Shown in pieces: positions 13,929 through 26,344 of a DNA stretch of 64,000 nucleotides; the stretch's first letter is position 1, and each line of letters opens with the position of its first letter. Under the pieces are notes generated by a model. It was not told the origin of the DNA, ran no database searches, and saw only the letters and a list, made by a program, of their open reading frames with translations. A program made the translations under genes and the position numbers. Source of the DNA: Botryllus schlosseri (Eukaryota); NCBI GenBank assembly GCA_051294905.1, contig CM119372.1, positions 34,598,001-34,662,000 on the forward strand, given 5' to 3'.

Positions 13929-14629
13929 CAGTGGTTCTCAACCTTTTTCGTCTCGTGCCCCCCTTGGCCGATATTTCAGCTAAAATCCCTCCCCCTCCCA
14001 TGAAAAAGTTGCCTGTGACTACAAAAATGTGCATTTGACGCGCAACCATTTGTTGACTGAGCAATTAATGGCCAAACTATGGCGAAAGCGGACCGCACTA
14101 AACTTTGGTAAAGTACAGTCAAATTTGACCTGTCTTTGACCGGTCGGGTAGCCGCTGATGTAAAAATAAATCTCCAAGTCCGCTTGCTATGGACTTGAGT
14201 TGAATCGATGAATTTGGTATGTTTTTCACGTTAGCTCATATGTTGGCTTAAAAAGTTAAACAATTTAACTAGCGGCCTTGTGCTGAATTTGGCTTGACGT
14301 TTTCCTGCTTAGTAGCAATTTGGTCGAGAGGCTGTCGCGGACCCAACAAATCGTCTCGTGAGCCTTACTTTATCAGGGGATGTAATATCTACGGAATGCA
14401 TTTACACATACACCAAGCTTGAAATCCGCCAAACAAACATACAATTGTAAAGAACTAGTTTCTACTTAACAGTTCTATAGCGTAAAAATCTAAAAACCTT
14501 GTGAGCCCAGTGTATCTTCCGATACATTGCCAAAGCACGATTCCCCATAAAAAAAATTAAGCCAAATTCCCCCCTAAAAACTTCAAAATTCCCACCAAGG
14601 GGGGAATTCTCCCCGGTTGGGAACCACTG
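13929..14629. mobile_element. hAT Charlie/Buster-type MITE
   Basis: CAGTGGTTCTCAACC...GGTTGGGAACCACTG; TSD TCATACGC/TCATGCGC; ends shared with 53922-55427. Confidence 0.88.
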
Positions 14630-15175
14630 TCATGCGCTATAATGGGTGATAAATAAAATTGAATATTATCCAAACAGTTAACATTACGTGTCCCGCTATC
14701 TAAATTGAAAGCATTCGGATATAAAACATGAATCCGTGAACGATGCGGGAATTACCGTGTCAAAACAATGACAGAATTGTTGCTAGTTTGAAGGAATGCA
14801 TAATCAGTTTCGCGGTACCAACCTTCTCTGAATATTGTTCAAAATAAACGTTCCGGTGCAGATCACAGCGAATCTCGTTACTGTAGCAGATAAGCTATCA
14901 GACATTTTGGGATCATCAGTTCCATCGTTATGCTTCTCTCCTCGGGGCCATGTATTCGATGCTTGCGCGTTTTATTCTGACCTGCTGTGATACATTTGTC
15001 GAGTGTCACAGAAACACTGACTATGTCGATTGCCCAGATATGATACTGGCTCGCATAGCAAATCTTATACCATATGAGATTGAGAGTCAAGATTTCAAAT
15101 GAGCGGAATACAAAAGGATGACGACCCGCCACTGACTTCATAATCAGTGATACCGAATACCCAACTCGATTAAAA

Positions 15176-16339
15176 TAGGGTTACCATATTTTTGTGGAGC
15201 AAATTTCGAAAACTCTTTAGCACCCACTAGCGGATTTTATAAAATGAGGTATGAAACATTGTCTGGTAATATGACTTCACACTAGCAAATCTTCGCCTCT
15301 TGACCAGAGGTGGTCACGATCCGGATCAGCAGCCACTATAAAGTTAGATCGGTGCATTTAGGTGGTTGTGTGTTGTAACCAGGGCCGAAAAAAACATTTT
15401 TTTCAGTCCCCTCCCGTCCAAATAAAAACCGATCTTGAGCCCACCACAAGGTAATCGATACAACTTCTGGGGGGGGGGGGTTTACTGTATTCATCTGGTT
15501 TCGGTATGCATCTGATCGTTAAATTTTGTGCATGAAATCAGTCCATGATATTGTTCAATGCATCTCTATAAAATCTTGATCCTCTCCCCACCCACATGAT
15601 CATAGTTAGCGGTAGATCTGGTAGAGGATGATGACTTTGAAAATGCAGGGAACGTAATTAGCCTATACATCGCAAAGTCATATTATGTCTAACGGATAAG
15701 ACTATTTATGAGCCTAAATGCCGCTCCGCACCAGCAGTTGCACATATAAGGTGGTTTTCAACCTTTTATGGTCGCGACTCCATTTCTTATTTGAAAATGT
15801 TCTGTGGCCCAGCTAGAAATTTGATAAGCTGATTACTGAAAAACAGTCAGCACCTTTGCCCATACTTATCCACGGTTTATTTTGGAAGCTGATTACGTTC
15901 AACATATTCGCGAACCGCAGAATGAAGACAAACGAACCCCAGGGTTAGAGCCAATATATTTGACTAATGCATCTAAATGACCTTAACCGACCCTAGGAAT
16001 ATACCGTTCTCCTGTAATTGCAATTACAATTAGACTTATTTCAGTAAATCATGGTTATTTTTATTAATTTTTGATTTGATGTTTTGCGAGGGTGGTGGTT
16101 CACATATTAAAATCAATGAATGTGAAACTAAATCGCGCACAGCGTGAACAAAAATTACAAGAGGTGTAAATCTGCCCATAAATAGTATCGTTTATGTTGA
16201 TTTATGAGAAACTTTTGATCCTATTTCAAACCTTCAAAATTCCGGACATTTAGGCATAATTTAGAATTTCTTCCAGGACGCATTTTGAGCAGTGAAATTT
16301 CGGACATGTCCGGGAAATTCCGGACACATCGCAACCCCA
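15176..16339. mobile_element. Family A hAT copy 3
   Basis: TAGGGTTACCATA...TCGCAACCCCA; TSD GATTAAAA/GAGTAAAA; colinear with copy 2 without its nested insert. Confidence 0.88.
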
Positions 16340-16943
16340 GAGTAAAAGTCTAACACTCGATTCAGAATCGAATCACTGTCTCGGGTACTCGATTAGGCCT
16401 AGTCCATTCTTACAGTACACTGTAGATTCACAGCGTTGAATGAAGCACATTGTGCATAGGTATATACAATATTTGGCTGACACATATTATCGGCTGAGAT
16501 CTGACATCGAGAATCCGCCATGTTGTGTGCACGTCCACACATCATCAGGGAATGTCATAAGATGTGGGTTAATGCTCATATGATGTGTCTATGAGCTCAC
16601 ATGCGTATCAGTATAGTCATTCCGGACGAATTTCCTGCGGTGTCAAACATTCATACCGGATATCAATTGAGAGGGTGTTTGAGAGGTGGCTGGCCAATCT
16701 TCACTCTGTAACTTCACGGAGTTACTGTTGACGTGATAGGCTATATCATCCCAGGCAGCTTAAAGCGCGGTAATATTGATACACGTCGAAAAGCCTCGCC
16801 AAATGTGATTTGATCGGTATGTCCTAAGCTATAGATTTTTCTTCAGGCTGCAGTGTTTAATTAACAATATTATTACAGTTATAAATAACCAAGGTTGTAA
16901 CCGACGGTGGTACCGGGCTTCAAGCAAATAGGTTGGTGATCAG

Positions 16944-17820
16944 TAGGGCAATTTTTTTTTGACATGTCAAAAAAAGTCAAAATTAGGTCAAAAGTGTAGC
17001 GTTAGGTCAAAATTTGTCAAAATTGTTTACAAAGTCAAACATTTTTTGACCTCTGCATTTCGTTTGTATCGTAGATTTTGCGCTGTCGGTGAACTTATCA
17101 TTTGACATTTTACAGCTTGTAGCCTACTTTATAGGCCTACCGTTGTAAACGGACCATCGTCTGCTCATTGTGAATCATAAATAGTCAAATGAAACAAATA
17201 GTGACATGGTTTTATGGTCAACGTACCGCAATATCCTAGCTGAAGCAAGACTGCTTGGACATTGCATGGTTCTTATATCAAGAAGCGCAAGCTGAAAAAT
17301 TGTGACATAGACAACATTGTCAGAATGAAGCAACACGGTTTGTCACCAGCAGTGTGCACACAACTTGAGTGTTGTCAGCCAACAAATGCTGCTGTTGAAC
17401 GTTCTTTGTCCGTTCTTGGCAAGCTACGTAGTAAGAACAGACACTTTCTACCCGAGAATGTAGGAAGGGTTCTTTCGTTGTACTACAACAAATTTTAATT
17501 ATTTCCACCAGAATACGTAATGTAACTACTGGAATTCTTCATAGGGCCAGATTTCGTTAAAATACTAGTTTTTCATGTAAAAATCTGTCAGTTTTTGAGC
17601 CAAAAACGTTTTTTCAGGCCAATCTACTTTGTAAGGACAAACAGTTCCAACCAGAAATGAAGATAAGTAGTACAATTTTAACATTATATGCGAAAACACC
17701 TAATTTGCATACGTGAGGTCAAAATTTGGTCAAATTTCATTTTTTTAGGTTAAAAAAGGTCAAAATTTAGATTTTTTAGGTCAAAATCTTCCGTTTTTTA
17801 GGTCAAAAAAAATTGCCCTA
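16944..17820 (+). mobile_element. hAT deletion derivative retaining transposase C-terminus (CGGBP/hAT19-like)
   Basis: TIR TAGGGCAATTTTTTTT; perfect TSD GTGATCAG; AGGTCAAAA repeats; ORF 17262-17498 has CQPTNAAVERSLSVLGKL, like the hAT dimerisation motif PTSxxxERxFS. Confidence 0.88.
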
Positions 17821-18232
17821 GTGATCAGATATTATGGTCGTGCTGTACCAATACCTGACTGACGACTCGCTGTCTTGAGGTTTGCTCTGATCTGACTTTA
17901 CATACCTACGATAGTCACGTTAATCCTTATAGTTAATCGCTTGTTTCTCATTTCAGTTTATTATAAACAAATTATCAGATCAGCATACCAAGAGATTGCG
18001 ATAAAATAAAAAGGTGATCATATTATTTCCTTACCGAACTTACCGAAGAAATTTATAATACAAATATGTATGAAACACCCCGACGTTGAACATTTTACTT
18101 GTATCCGGTACCGCTGTCATTGCCATCGAACAACAGTATAGCAATGATTCAGTTATTAGTAGTATCCTTTGTATTTTATCATTGATGAAATAAAAAATTG
18201 ACTCTGTCTCTTCTTTTCGCATGACTTACTGA

Positions 18233-18255
18233 GTCACGTGATTGTATGACGCAAT
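18233..18255. promoter_or_regulatory. Possible promoter motifs (E-box GTCACGTGA, CRE/CEBP-like TGACGCAAT)
   Basis: Motifs lie ~120 bp upstream of ATG 30047 once intervening insertions are removed. Function is inferred only. Confidence 0.3.
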
Positions 18256-19288
18256 CCTGAGACAATCGATCGTTACCAGAGATGAGCGGATTTGAAATTT
18301 CTATGTCCTAATCCAATCCAAATCCGAACCTTCAAATCCACATCCAAATCCTAATCCATGACTTTTTCATATTCAAGTCCATGTCCAATCCTAATCCGAT
18401 TCCAACTGGAAATTCAGAAAAAAAAACTATTTTATGCAATGGAGGGATTCGAAAATTGTCTTTTACAACCAACGATTCACTTGATTCAGTATTACCTAGT
18501 AACCATAAGTACATTAATAACTGATTTGAATAAAGTTTGTCGCCATTCGCCACACGACATTTCAATCTCCCAGAAAATATATAAATCCAATCCAAATCCT
18601 AATCCGTTCTGAAAAATATCTCCAATCCAAATCCAATCCAAATCCGACAAAATTTCACAAATCCTGTTTTTTCAAAACCTAATCCTAATCCATGCTCATT
18701 AGGGTTGTTCAGAATTGATCGACTTTCAAAATGTTGTGGTTTTCAGTCCGATTCCCATGCCTTATACCATAAAAACATATTCTAGGTACTTTTTTTCGTA
18801 ATTCATCCCTTGCATCCGTGTGCACATTGAGCTGGAAGAATATCGGCTAAAAATAGGGGATTCCCCTAAAATTTGAGTGTCGCTATTCGGACTAGGCTAG
18901 TAAAACGTCATATATAAGCTGGTTTTATGTAGCTATTGCGGTTGGAGTGCTACATAACCTCACTATAGAAAGTAATTGTCAGTTCAGGACACCATTTTCA
19001 TGTCCCACACTGCCTTAGAACTCCTCAAAACTGATAGTCATTTTGTTGGATCACCTATCCTACACTCCTCAACCCTACCCGAGATTGTTCATCAATTGCC
19101 GGGATCACCACGTGCAAGAATACAACTGTAAATGTATCATTCACTCACAGCCACATTATAAACATCACATTGTTCAAAGGAAACGAAACAAAAAGGCAAA
19201 GAAACAGATCAACTTGGCAAATACTACTTAAATCAGGTCCGGATGAAATGGTTGCTTTAGAGAAATCGGCATATCTGTTCCCGTTATC

Positions 19289-20600
19289 TTACACGGCTTG
19301 TAAGAGGCTCGCTCGCTGTTCTTTGTCATCTGTTTTGAAAGCATCAAAGTCGGTATTCAATTTCACCAAACGCTCTGCTGCGCCGTTAACTATTTCAACG
19401 CTACTGACAAATTCTTGAGCAATCACGAAATGCGAATCAGTATGCCATTCCGAAACTGGAAGACTAAACCAATCATGTTCGACATGTATAGCATTGAATA
19501 GAAACCATGATTCCGGTTCAATTAAAGCAACCATACTCATTGACTCAGAGACAGAGTCAGAGATTAGACTCAGAGGTATAGCCTACCTCTGCGAAATTGT
19601 GCAAGGATTGGCATTTGCAGCAATTTAGCAGCCATCGCTTCCTTCCCTTTGTCGGGAATCTTTGGTTTAGCCGAGAACATTGTTGATACCACCGTTTCCT
19701 CGGTGAGATGCCAATGATGTTCTCGCATCTTTTTATATGCCACATCAGCAACTGTGAAATCGCACAATGAAAAGTCTGTCATGCCATGAAGAAATTTGAG
19801 ATCAATATACTGTGCGTCACATGCATTACCAGTTTTCAACCAAGCTGGGACATAAAACAGGGCAACTTTCTAATGAACTCTTCAGAATAGCCCATTTGCT
19901 CTCTCCACGTGAACATTTTTGACAGTACAGCACTTGACTCATCCATCCAGTGCTATTAGTAGCACCAGGCTTGCGAAAACGATTATCAATATATTGGGCA
20001 GCTACAATCGCCAAGGTGCCTGTTGCACATTCTCTGTAGTCATTCATTATCAAGACTTCTTTCTGCTTTCCATTATATGGCTTCATCAGTGGAATTATTT
20101 CTTGCTTAGCTTCATCAGCTTTGATCGCCAACCAGCTGCATTCATCAAACTGAAGTGTTTTAGAGCTTCTTAATTGATCAATATCTTTCCACTTGGAAGG
20201 TATTAAAATCTGTGTTTTCAGGGCCTGTGGTCGCAGATCCAAACACACCTCACTTCCAGACCTCCCCGGATGACTAGTTCATAAATATGATGGCGACAAG
20301 CAGAAGTAGAAAGTGGAAAACTTTCCTGTTTATCAATTCTTCAAGTAACAGAACCGCACCTTTATTTTTTCCATTGTTTGAGGGTGTTGTGTCAAACACA
20401 AGAGCTCTGACATTATTTGCTAAATTATAAAGTTCCAGCAGTTCAAATGACAGATCAGCCTGTGCTTTTCCTGTAGCACTCTCCAGAGTTCGATTGCCAA
20501 GAAGTTTGCCTTTCTCAAATGCGTTGGAATACGCAGAATATGCCAGCACTGCCAAGGCCTCAAATTTCCCTCCGAAACGACTTCTAGTGAGCTTTGCATC
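19289..20600 (-). pseudogene. Frameshifted hATm-type DDE transposase
   Basis: Motifs in expected order across several frames: VFDTTPSNNGKNKGA, DYRECA, FRKPGATNSTGWMSQVLY, HHWHLTEETV, SWFLF, IVNGAAERLVKL. Confidence 0.8.
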
Positions 20601-22524
20601 CCTGTGCAATGCACTGTGCCAAGTTGATCTGTTTCTTTGCCTTTTTGTTTCGTTTCGTTTGAACAATGTGATGTTTATAATGTGGCTGTGAGCAGTGGTG
20701 GCCCTAGGATTGGGGGGGCCCTGGGCGAAACTTCTAGGGGGGGCCCCATATATCCATAAACACAGCTTCTGGGGGGCTACGCCCCCCAGACCCCCCTCGC
20801 CTCTCCATACAAGTATTATATATTGCATGTCTACAGTTTCTGTGATACTATACGGAATGTCGATGCTGTGTGTAACTATTTACTATAAAAGGCAACTGTG
20901 TCATTCAAGTTCAAGATGAGATTTTCATGCGTGAAAGTAATCACAAATACATTGGCAATGGAAACTAAAAAAGAAAAAGTTCATACTTTTTCAAGGAAAC
21001 GATGGCAGGATTCCAATGACTCAAATCGTGATATTTTGGTGACTTGACTTGGCTCAGATCAAAATATATAAGCAGAATGAGGACCGAGAGCTAATCGATT
21101 ACGAAGGTGACCAAACAATGAAGTTTATAGAACACATCCATAGAATTGAAACTTCCAACGAATGAACTGCTATGACCGGACAATTGAATTGATGCATTTA
21201 GTTCTTCAAAAAAGTAGAAATCAAAATGATGATAGCAAATATGACACCCAAAGTAAAAAAGAACAACTAAATGGAAACTATCATACGGGTACAAAATGAT
21301 ATTGGCTTGGTGTAAACTTACCGAAGCAGTCGAGACATCATGATTCATGAATACTCAAAACAACAACAAACAACAATGACTTCCCTTCTTTGACAAGAAG
21401 ACTCAACCAAGAGGAGTTTATGGTCATCAAGAATTATTACTGGATCATTCAACAAGGACTATATTTGTACAGTGAAAGAAAAATGATTTATTCCTAACAG
21501 CTAACACAGCAAAAGTACCTGCAGAAAAGAACAAATACCGGTATATTACAAATCACCACTTGTCCCAGAAGTTACCCAACCAGGACAGCTGCATGTTTAT
21601 GGTAAATATTACAATGAATCCTTGCAATGGTGCCGGTGATAAAACAGCTTAACCAGACAACCTCGTCTAAACGCCTAAAGATAGAATAGAAGCTCTTGAA
21701 CCTGACAATAAAATGAGGTAAGGGGTCAAAACTAGGCTCATAATAATTTTCAAAATCAAGTCATACACAGCGTCAAATTCAAATATTGTTGGCGCAACAC
21801 TGTCCACACGAAAATTTAGAACGCTAGTTTTAAGAGGAACTAAACATTATCCAAATCGCCTACTTCTGCCTAAAACATACATTGCTGTCACAACTTAAAA
21901 ATTATATAGTCAATAAAAACTCATTTTTCAGCATTCTTATAATAGCTTCCATATGATGAGTAGTCATGAAAATTTTCAAGTTGACAGAAATGAGAGGGAT
22001 ACTGCAATGATTTTCATTAGAAATGACTTTAAACTTGAGTGCAGTACACAAAAAAGCTACATTGTAACTTGAATGATATATTAGATCAACTTATATACAA
22101 GATAGCTCATGTACAGACCTACCAAAAATTCTGTCAATTTTACGACTGAATGAGCCGGAAAAGCTTGTTTTTTTATCATGCGCTGGCTTGAAAAGCTGGA
22201 TATTGAATTTAAAAACTTGAAATTGTGATGTAGGCTACTCGGATATATTTCAAAATCACTTAATCCAAATTTCTGTCAAATCTAAAAATTGAAATAAACC
22301 ATTTAATTGTTTTAGGGCGACTGACATGGAGTTAGCCTATTACTGAAAATAAATGAGATGCACCAGTCACTGAAAATGTATACTTCCTGTATACACTGTA
22401 GTAGTTTCTTGTGAATGTTATTGTAATTTTATAGCACTGAGAAAAAGGTGTTGAATATTATTCAAAAATATACTGGAAGTGATAATCATTCATGTTAGTG
22501 GATGCGATCGCGTCTCTCACACAA

Positions 22525-23600
22525 ATCACCAATTTGATGATCGACAACCGTTTACGGTACCATATTTTACATGGGTACATATATTTTCACGGTTATTCGC
22601 AAAACGATAACTATAAATTTCATAAATGTAGCAGGGGCCCCCCTCATAAAATATATGTAAGCTCTTATACCGCGTGCAGAAATTTAATTATCGACAACTG
22701 TTTACAGTACCATATTCTACATGGGTAGGCCTGCATGTATTTTTAGTTGTTCGCAAAATGATAACCAAAAATTGCGTAAATGTAGGTGCCCCCCTCATAA
22801 ATCGAAGTAATCTCGTACAACGCGTGCAGGATTTAATGATCAACAACTGTTTACGGTACCATATTCTACATGTGTACATATATTTCACTGTCATTCGCAA
22901 AATGATAACCAAAAATTGCGTAAATGTAGGAGGGGCCCCTCATAAATCGAAGTGAGCTCGCACGCTGAACGCGTGCCGAATTTTAATGATCGACAACCGT
23001 TTACAGTACCGTATTCCACATGAGTTGGCCTGCGCGTATTTTCAGTTATTTTCAAAATGATAACCAGAAATCGCATAAATGTAGAAGCCCCCCCTTATAA
23101 AATCAAAGTATGCTCTTTTACCACGCACAGAAATTTGATGATCGAAAACTGTTTACGGTACTACATGGGTAAGCCTACATGTGTTGCCACGGTTATTTGT
23201 AAAATGATAACTAAAAATTGAGTAAATGAGGGGTGTCCCATAAAATAAAAGTAAGCTCTTTTAACCGGTGCAGAAATTTAATGATCGACCACTGTTTACG
23301 GTTGACCTACCATATTCTACATGGGTAGGCCTGCATGTATTTATACGGTTATTCGCAAAATGATAACCAAAAATCGCATAAATGTAGGAGGGCCTTCCCT
23401 CATAAAATCAAAGTAAGCTCTTTTAACGCGGGAAGAAATTTGATGATCGACAACTGTTTACGAGACCATATTCTACATGGGTGCATGGATTTTCATGGTT
23501 ATTCGAAAAATGTTAATTTGAAAAATGAGAATTATGATTCACGCCTTTTTACGGTACTGTACCGTATTCTTCATGGATACAAGGATTTCCACGGTTATTT
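22525..23600. repeat. ~150-bp tandem repeat, about 7 diverged units
   Basis: ATTTRATGATCGACAACYGTTTAC recurs near 22532, 22681, 22831, 22981, 23131, 23274 and 23436. Confidence 0.9.
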
Positions 23601-23609
23601 AGAAAATGG

Positions 23610-23731
23610 TAATAGTTGGAAAAAAGCGCATAAACCGGAGAAATAGTTGGTAAAAATCGCGTAAACCGGAGAAATAGTTGGTAAAAAGCGCGTAAACCGG
23701 AGAAATAGTTGGAAAAAAGCGCGTAAACCGA
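23610..23731. repeat. 31-bp minisatellite, ~4 units
   Basis: AAATAGTTGG(T/A)AAAAAGCGCGTAAACCGGAG repeated. Confidence 0.9.
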
Positions 23732-23778
23732 GGAGGGGGGGCCCTCCTCAAACAGGGGGGGCCCTGGGCGACCGCCCA

Positions 23779-24205
23779 TGTTCCGACACGGCACTGAAAT
23801 CAATGAGTGGCGCTTTATCAGGTGTCGGGATCCTGTCTGCTGCACACTAAATCTGGCAATCTGGGTACTAAGCAAGCGTTGCGTATCAACTATCTTCTTT
23901 TGTCAAATACAAGCAGTCCAAATGAATATACGGAACAGCTTATTCAGAAGATACACGTTAAATGGCGAGATTCGCAAGATTGCTTGCTCGTCCGATAACA
24001 GTTGAAAAGGAGAATGAAACAACAGCAACAGCGAAATATAAAGGTTAACGAGAACGGACGGCGCAATAATTAACCAATCATCAACCAAACAGAACAATTA
24101 AGAGGTGTCGAGGAAAATAACGGAACGCAAATAAAGGACAGTTGAATTAATCAGTTTGGATGTTTTAGTGAATCAGTTTAACTAAAAACATGACTCGTCA
24201 AAACA
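23779..24205 (-). mobile_element. 3' LTR of a BEL/Pao retrotransposon
   Basis: On the minus strand, purine tract GTGGGGGAG (24214-24206) is followed by TGTTTTGAC...GTCGGAACA (TG..CA, imperfect inverted termini), directly downstream of gag. No second LTR to confirm. Confidence 0.7.
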
Positions 24206-24232
24206 CTCCCCCACTTGACCGACTATGATCGG

Positions 24233-26149
24233 TCAACAGATTCTTCTATCAGCTAATCTTTCCAACTTGTCGTTCAACGAAATCCATGGATCAGGTTTCA
24301 ACGAAACGTCCTTTGACGCAGCTGTTTTAACTTCACCTCTGTGGTGGATTCGTCCCAAAGCAGTAGGCAATATTGTGTCTATGTCGAAATCCCGAAACGC
24401 AGGGGTGGAAACATCAACAGTTGATACCATACACTTAGCGTCAATCAATGGTTCCGCAGAAACGTGTAACAATTTGTGGTGGGGTTTCCCACAGCGAGTG
24501 ACAGAACAACGCTCCTTACATTGATGAAAATGCTTCGGGTGGTCTTTGTGTCCTTTCGGGAATAAGCATCTAAAACACACTTTACCAGGCTTCATAACCA
24601 AGTCAGCCAATCGCTGGGCTGGTTTTAATTTCAGAAATTTAAAACAATCTTTCAATAAATGAGGTTTTGAGCAGTAGGTGCATGATAGCTGGACGGATTG
24701 AACCACGAGAGACTGGGCAGAAAATGAATTGTCAGGTTTATCGGTACCAACACTAACCAGCTCATCTTTATGTGGGGGCTTTTCACGTACGTCAACAGGG
24801 CAACGCCCATTCTGCGACTTACGCAACGATTCCATCGTCGCCAACTCGGTTCTTAGAAACTCAAACAGGAGATCAGAATCAGGAATCTTATCGGCTTCGA
24901 TCAAGGGGCTAGTTTTTCTGATCCAACGCTCATGCAACGTACCAGGCAACTGGGACTCTAGTACCTGTGTAAAGAGTTGGTCCCAAGAGACGTCATACTG
25001 CGATAAAACGGCCCTTTTAGCAGTAGCGGCATCGAGAAGTTGTCTGACTTTGTCGATCTTAAATTCTACTTTCTCACCCTGTAGTAAGTCTTCGATGTGA
25101 TTTCTCACGATCGCTTGCTTCTTTCCGTACCTTTTAAGAACGGCCTCTACTGCAGGCTCATAATTCACTGCCGCCGAGGGGAAACCATTGAGAAGGCCGG
25201 ATGACGAACCTTTAAGAGCTGCCTTTAAATACGAGATTTTGTAAAACGGACTGACCTTTGGATTTTTGTGAACCAATGGCTCGAACGACTCCCAAAATGC
25301 CGGAAAAGTCAAAATATCGCCATTGAATGTAGGCGGCACTATTCCACTCGGGAGGGATCCAGCAGCTTTTTCCGCTTCTTCGGCAGCTTTCAGCGATGAA
25401 GACTTGGATTTGGCAAGAGGAATGTGTACAAAATAAATTTCTTTTGATCTTCTCATGCCATCAATGATTTCGGTCTTGAAATCACCATCGTCAAGCTGGT
25501 CGACTTTTGAATCCACGAATGCCTTGAGATCGGTCATTGATATTTCTACCGACCGTATGAAGACCTCAATTTCTTCGACGAAGGTGGAATGTGCATGTTT
25601 CTTCTCCAGAGCTTGCAAAGACTCTAAGAGGTCAGCATTCATGCGCCTGAACTTCTTTATAACAACCTCGTGTAGACATGAATGTTCACTTCTTGCCGAT
25701 GAATGGTTATCGGACTGCTGGCGAATTTCTTCTAATTGCAGTCTGAATCGTCTTTCGGATTCTTCACGGTCTTGGGCGTGTTTCTGCTTGATCTCCTTGA
25801 GCTGCAGCTGAAACTTACGGTCAGAAGCTTCCCGATCTAATTGCTGCTGCTGCCGATCGAGATCTAGCTGATGCTTCATCATCTGAAAAAGCATAACCAG
25901 TTCAGATGATGTACTCTCGGTGGTGCTCAATGGAGAGGGCTTTGGTTCTTTCTTTTGTGAAGGTTTGTCGGAATCTCGGATTTTCCCTAATCGGTCAGTC
26001 AATACAGCTTCGCTCCCACTTGTAGCTTCGCCAAGTTCTTGTAATTCGGGTCGTAAATCGTCGACCGTCATCTTAGCTAATGGCTTCCAAGTCGGTGCCA
26101 AGGTTGGAGACTTGCGGGAATCCGTTGGAGACTTCACAAGAGACATCAC
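24233..26149 (-). CDS. gag: BEL/Pao Gag (SAP-like motif, coiled coil, DUF1759-like capsid, zinc knuckles); pol deleted
   Basis: 638-aa open frame; PPTFNGDILTFPAFWESF..KISYLK..NYEPAVEAVLKRYG; CTYCSKPHLLKDC, CFRCL..H..C and CSVTRCGKPHHKLLH knuckles; breaks off after ILPTA, where the protease would start. Confidence 0.9.
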   Translation of the reverse strand: MMSLVKSPTDSRKSPTLAPTWKPLAKMTVDDLRPELQELGEATSGSEAVLTDRLGKIRDSDKPSQKKEPKPSPLSTTESTSSELVMLFQMMKHQLDLDRQQQQLDREASDRKFQLQLKEIKQKHAQDREESERRFRLQLEEIRQQSDNHSSARSEHSCLHEVVIKKFRRMNADLLESLQALEKKHAHSTFVEEIEVFIRSVEISMTDLKAFVDSKVDQLDDGDFKTEIIDGMRRSKEIYFVHIPLAKSKSSSLKAAEEAEKAAGSLPSGIVPPTFNGDILTFPAFWESFEPLVHKNPKVSPFYKISYLKAALKGSSSGLLNGFPSAAVNYEPAVEAVLKRYGKKQAIVRNHIEDLLQGEKVEFKIDKVRQLLDAATAKRAVLSQYDVSWDQLFTQVLESQLPGTLHERWIRKTSPLIEADKIPDSDLLFEFLRTELATMESLRKSQNGRCPVDVREKPPHKDELVSVGTDKPDNSFSAQSLVVQSVQLSCTYCSKPHLLKDCFKFLKLKPAQRLADLVMKPGKVCFRCLFPKGHKDHPKHFHQCKERCSVTRCGKPHHKLLHVSAEPLIDAKCMVSTVDVSTPAFRDFDIDTILPTALGRIHHRGEVKTAASKDVSLKPDPWISLNDKLERLADRRIC

Positions 26150-26152
26150 TCA

Positions 26153-26344
26153 AACGTATGGAAACTATTTAGATGTTCGCAGATTTAGTGCCAAGCAGAG
26201 TCGATAGATCTTCGTTGGACAGCAGAGTCTTGAATGTAGACTAATACCATGCGGTGCCTGAATTGAAGAGTGTACTGTCCAACGAAGATCTATCGACTCT
26301 GCTTGGCACTAAATCTGCGAACATCTAAATAGTTTCCATACGTT
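26153..26344. repeat. Perfect 70-bp inverted repeat with 52-bp spacer
   Basis: 26153-26222 is the exact reverse complement of 26275-26344. Confidence 0.95.

Noticed and set aside
22525..23731. Regular repeats as a CRISPR array
   Set aside because: Whole units are homologous, there are no unique spacers or cas genes, and the context is eukaryotic.
23785..23796. ACGGCACTG as the right TIR of the 20693 element
   Set aside because: No TSD there; the perfect TIR and TSD are at 26356-26373, and this motif lies within the inferred LTR.
24729..26207. Plus-strand ORFs of 95-123 aa
   Set aside because: Antisense shadows of gag.
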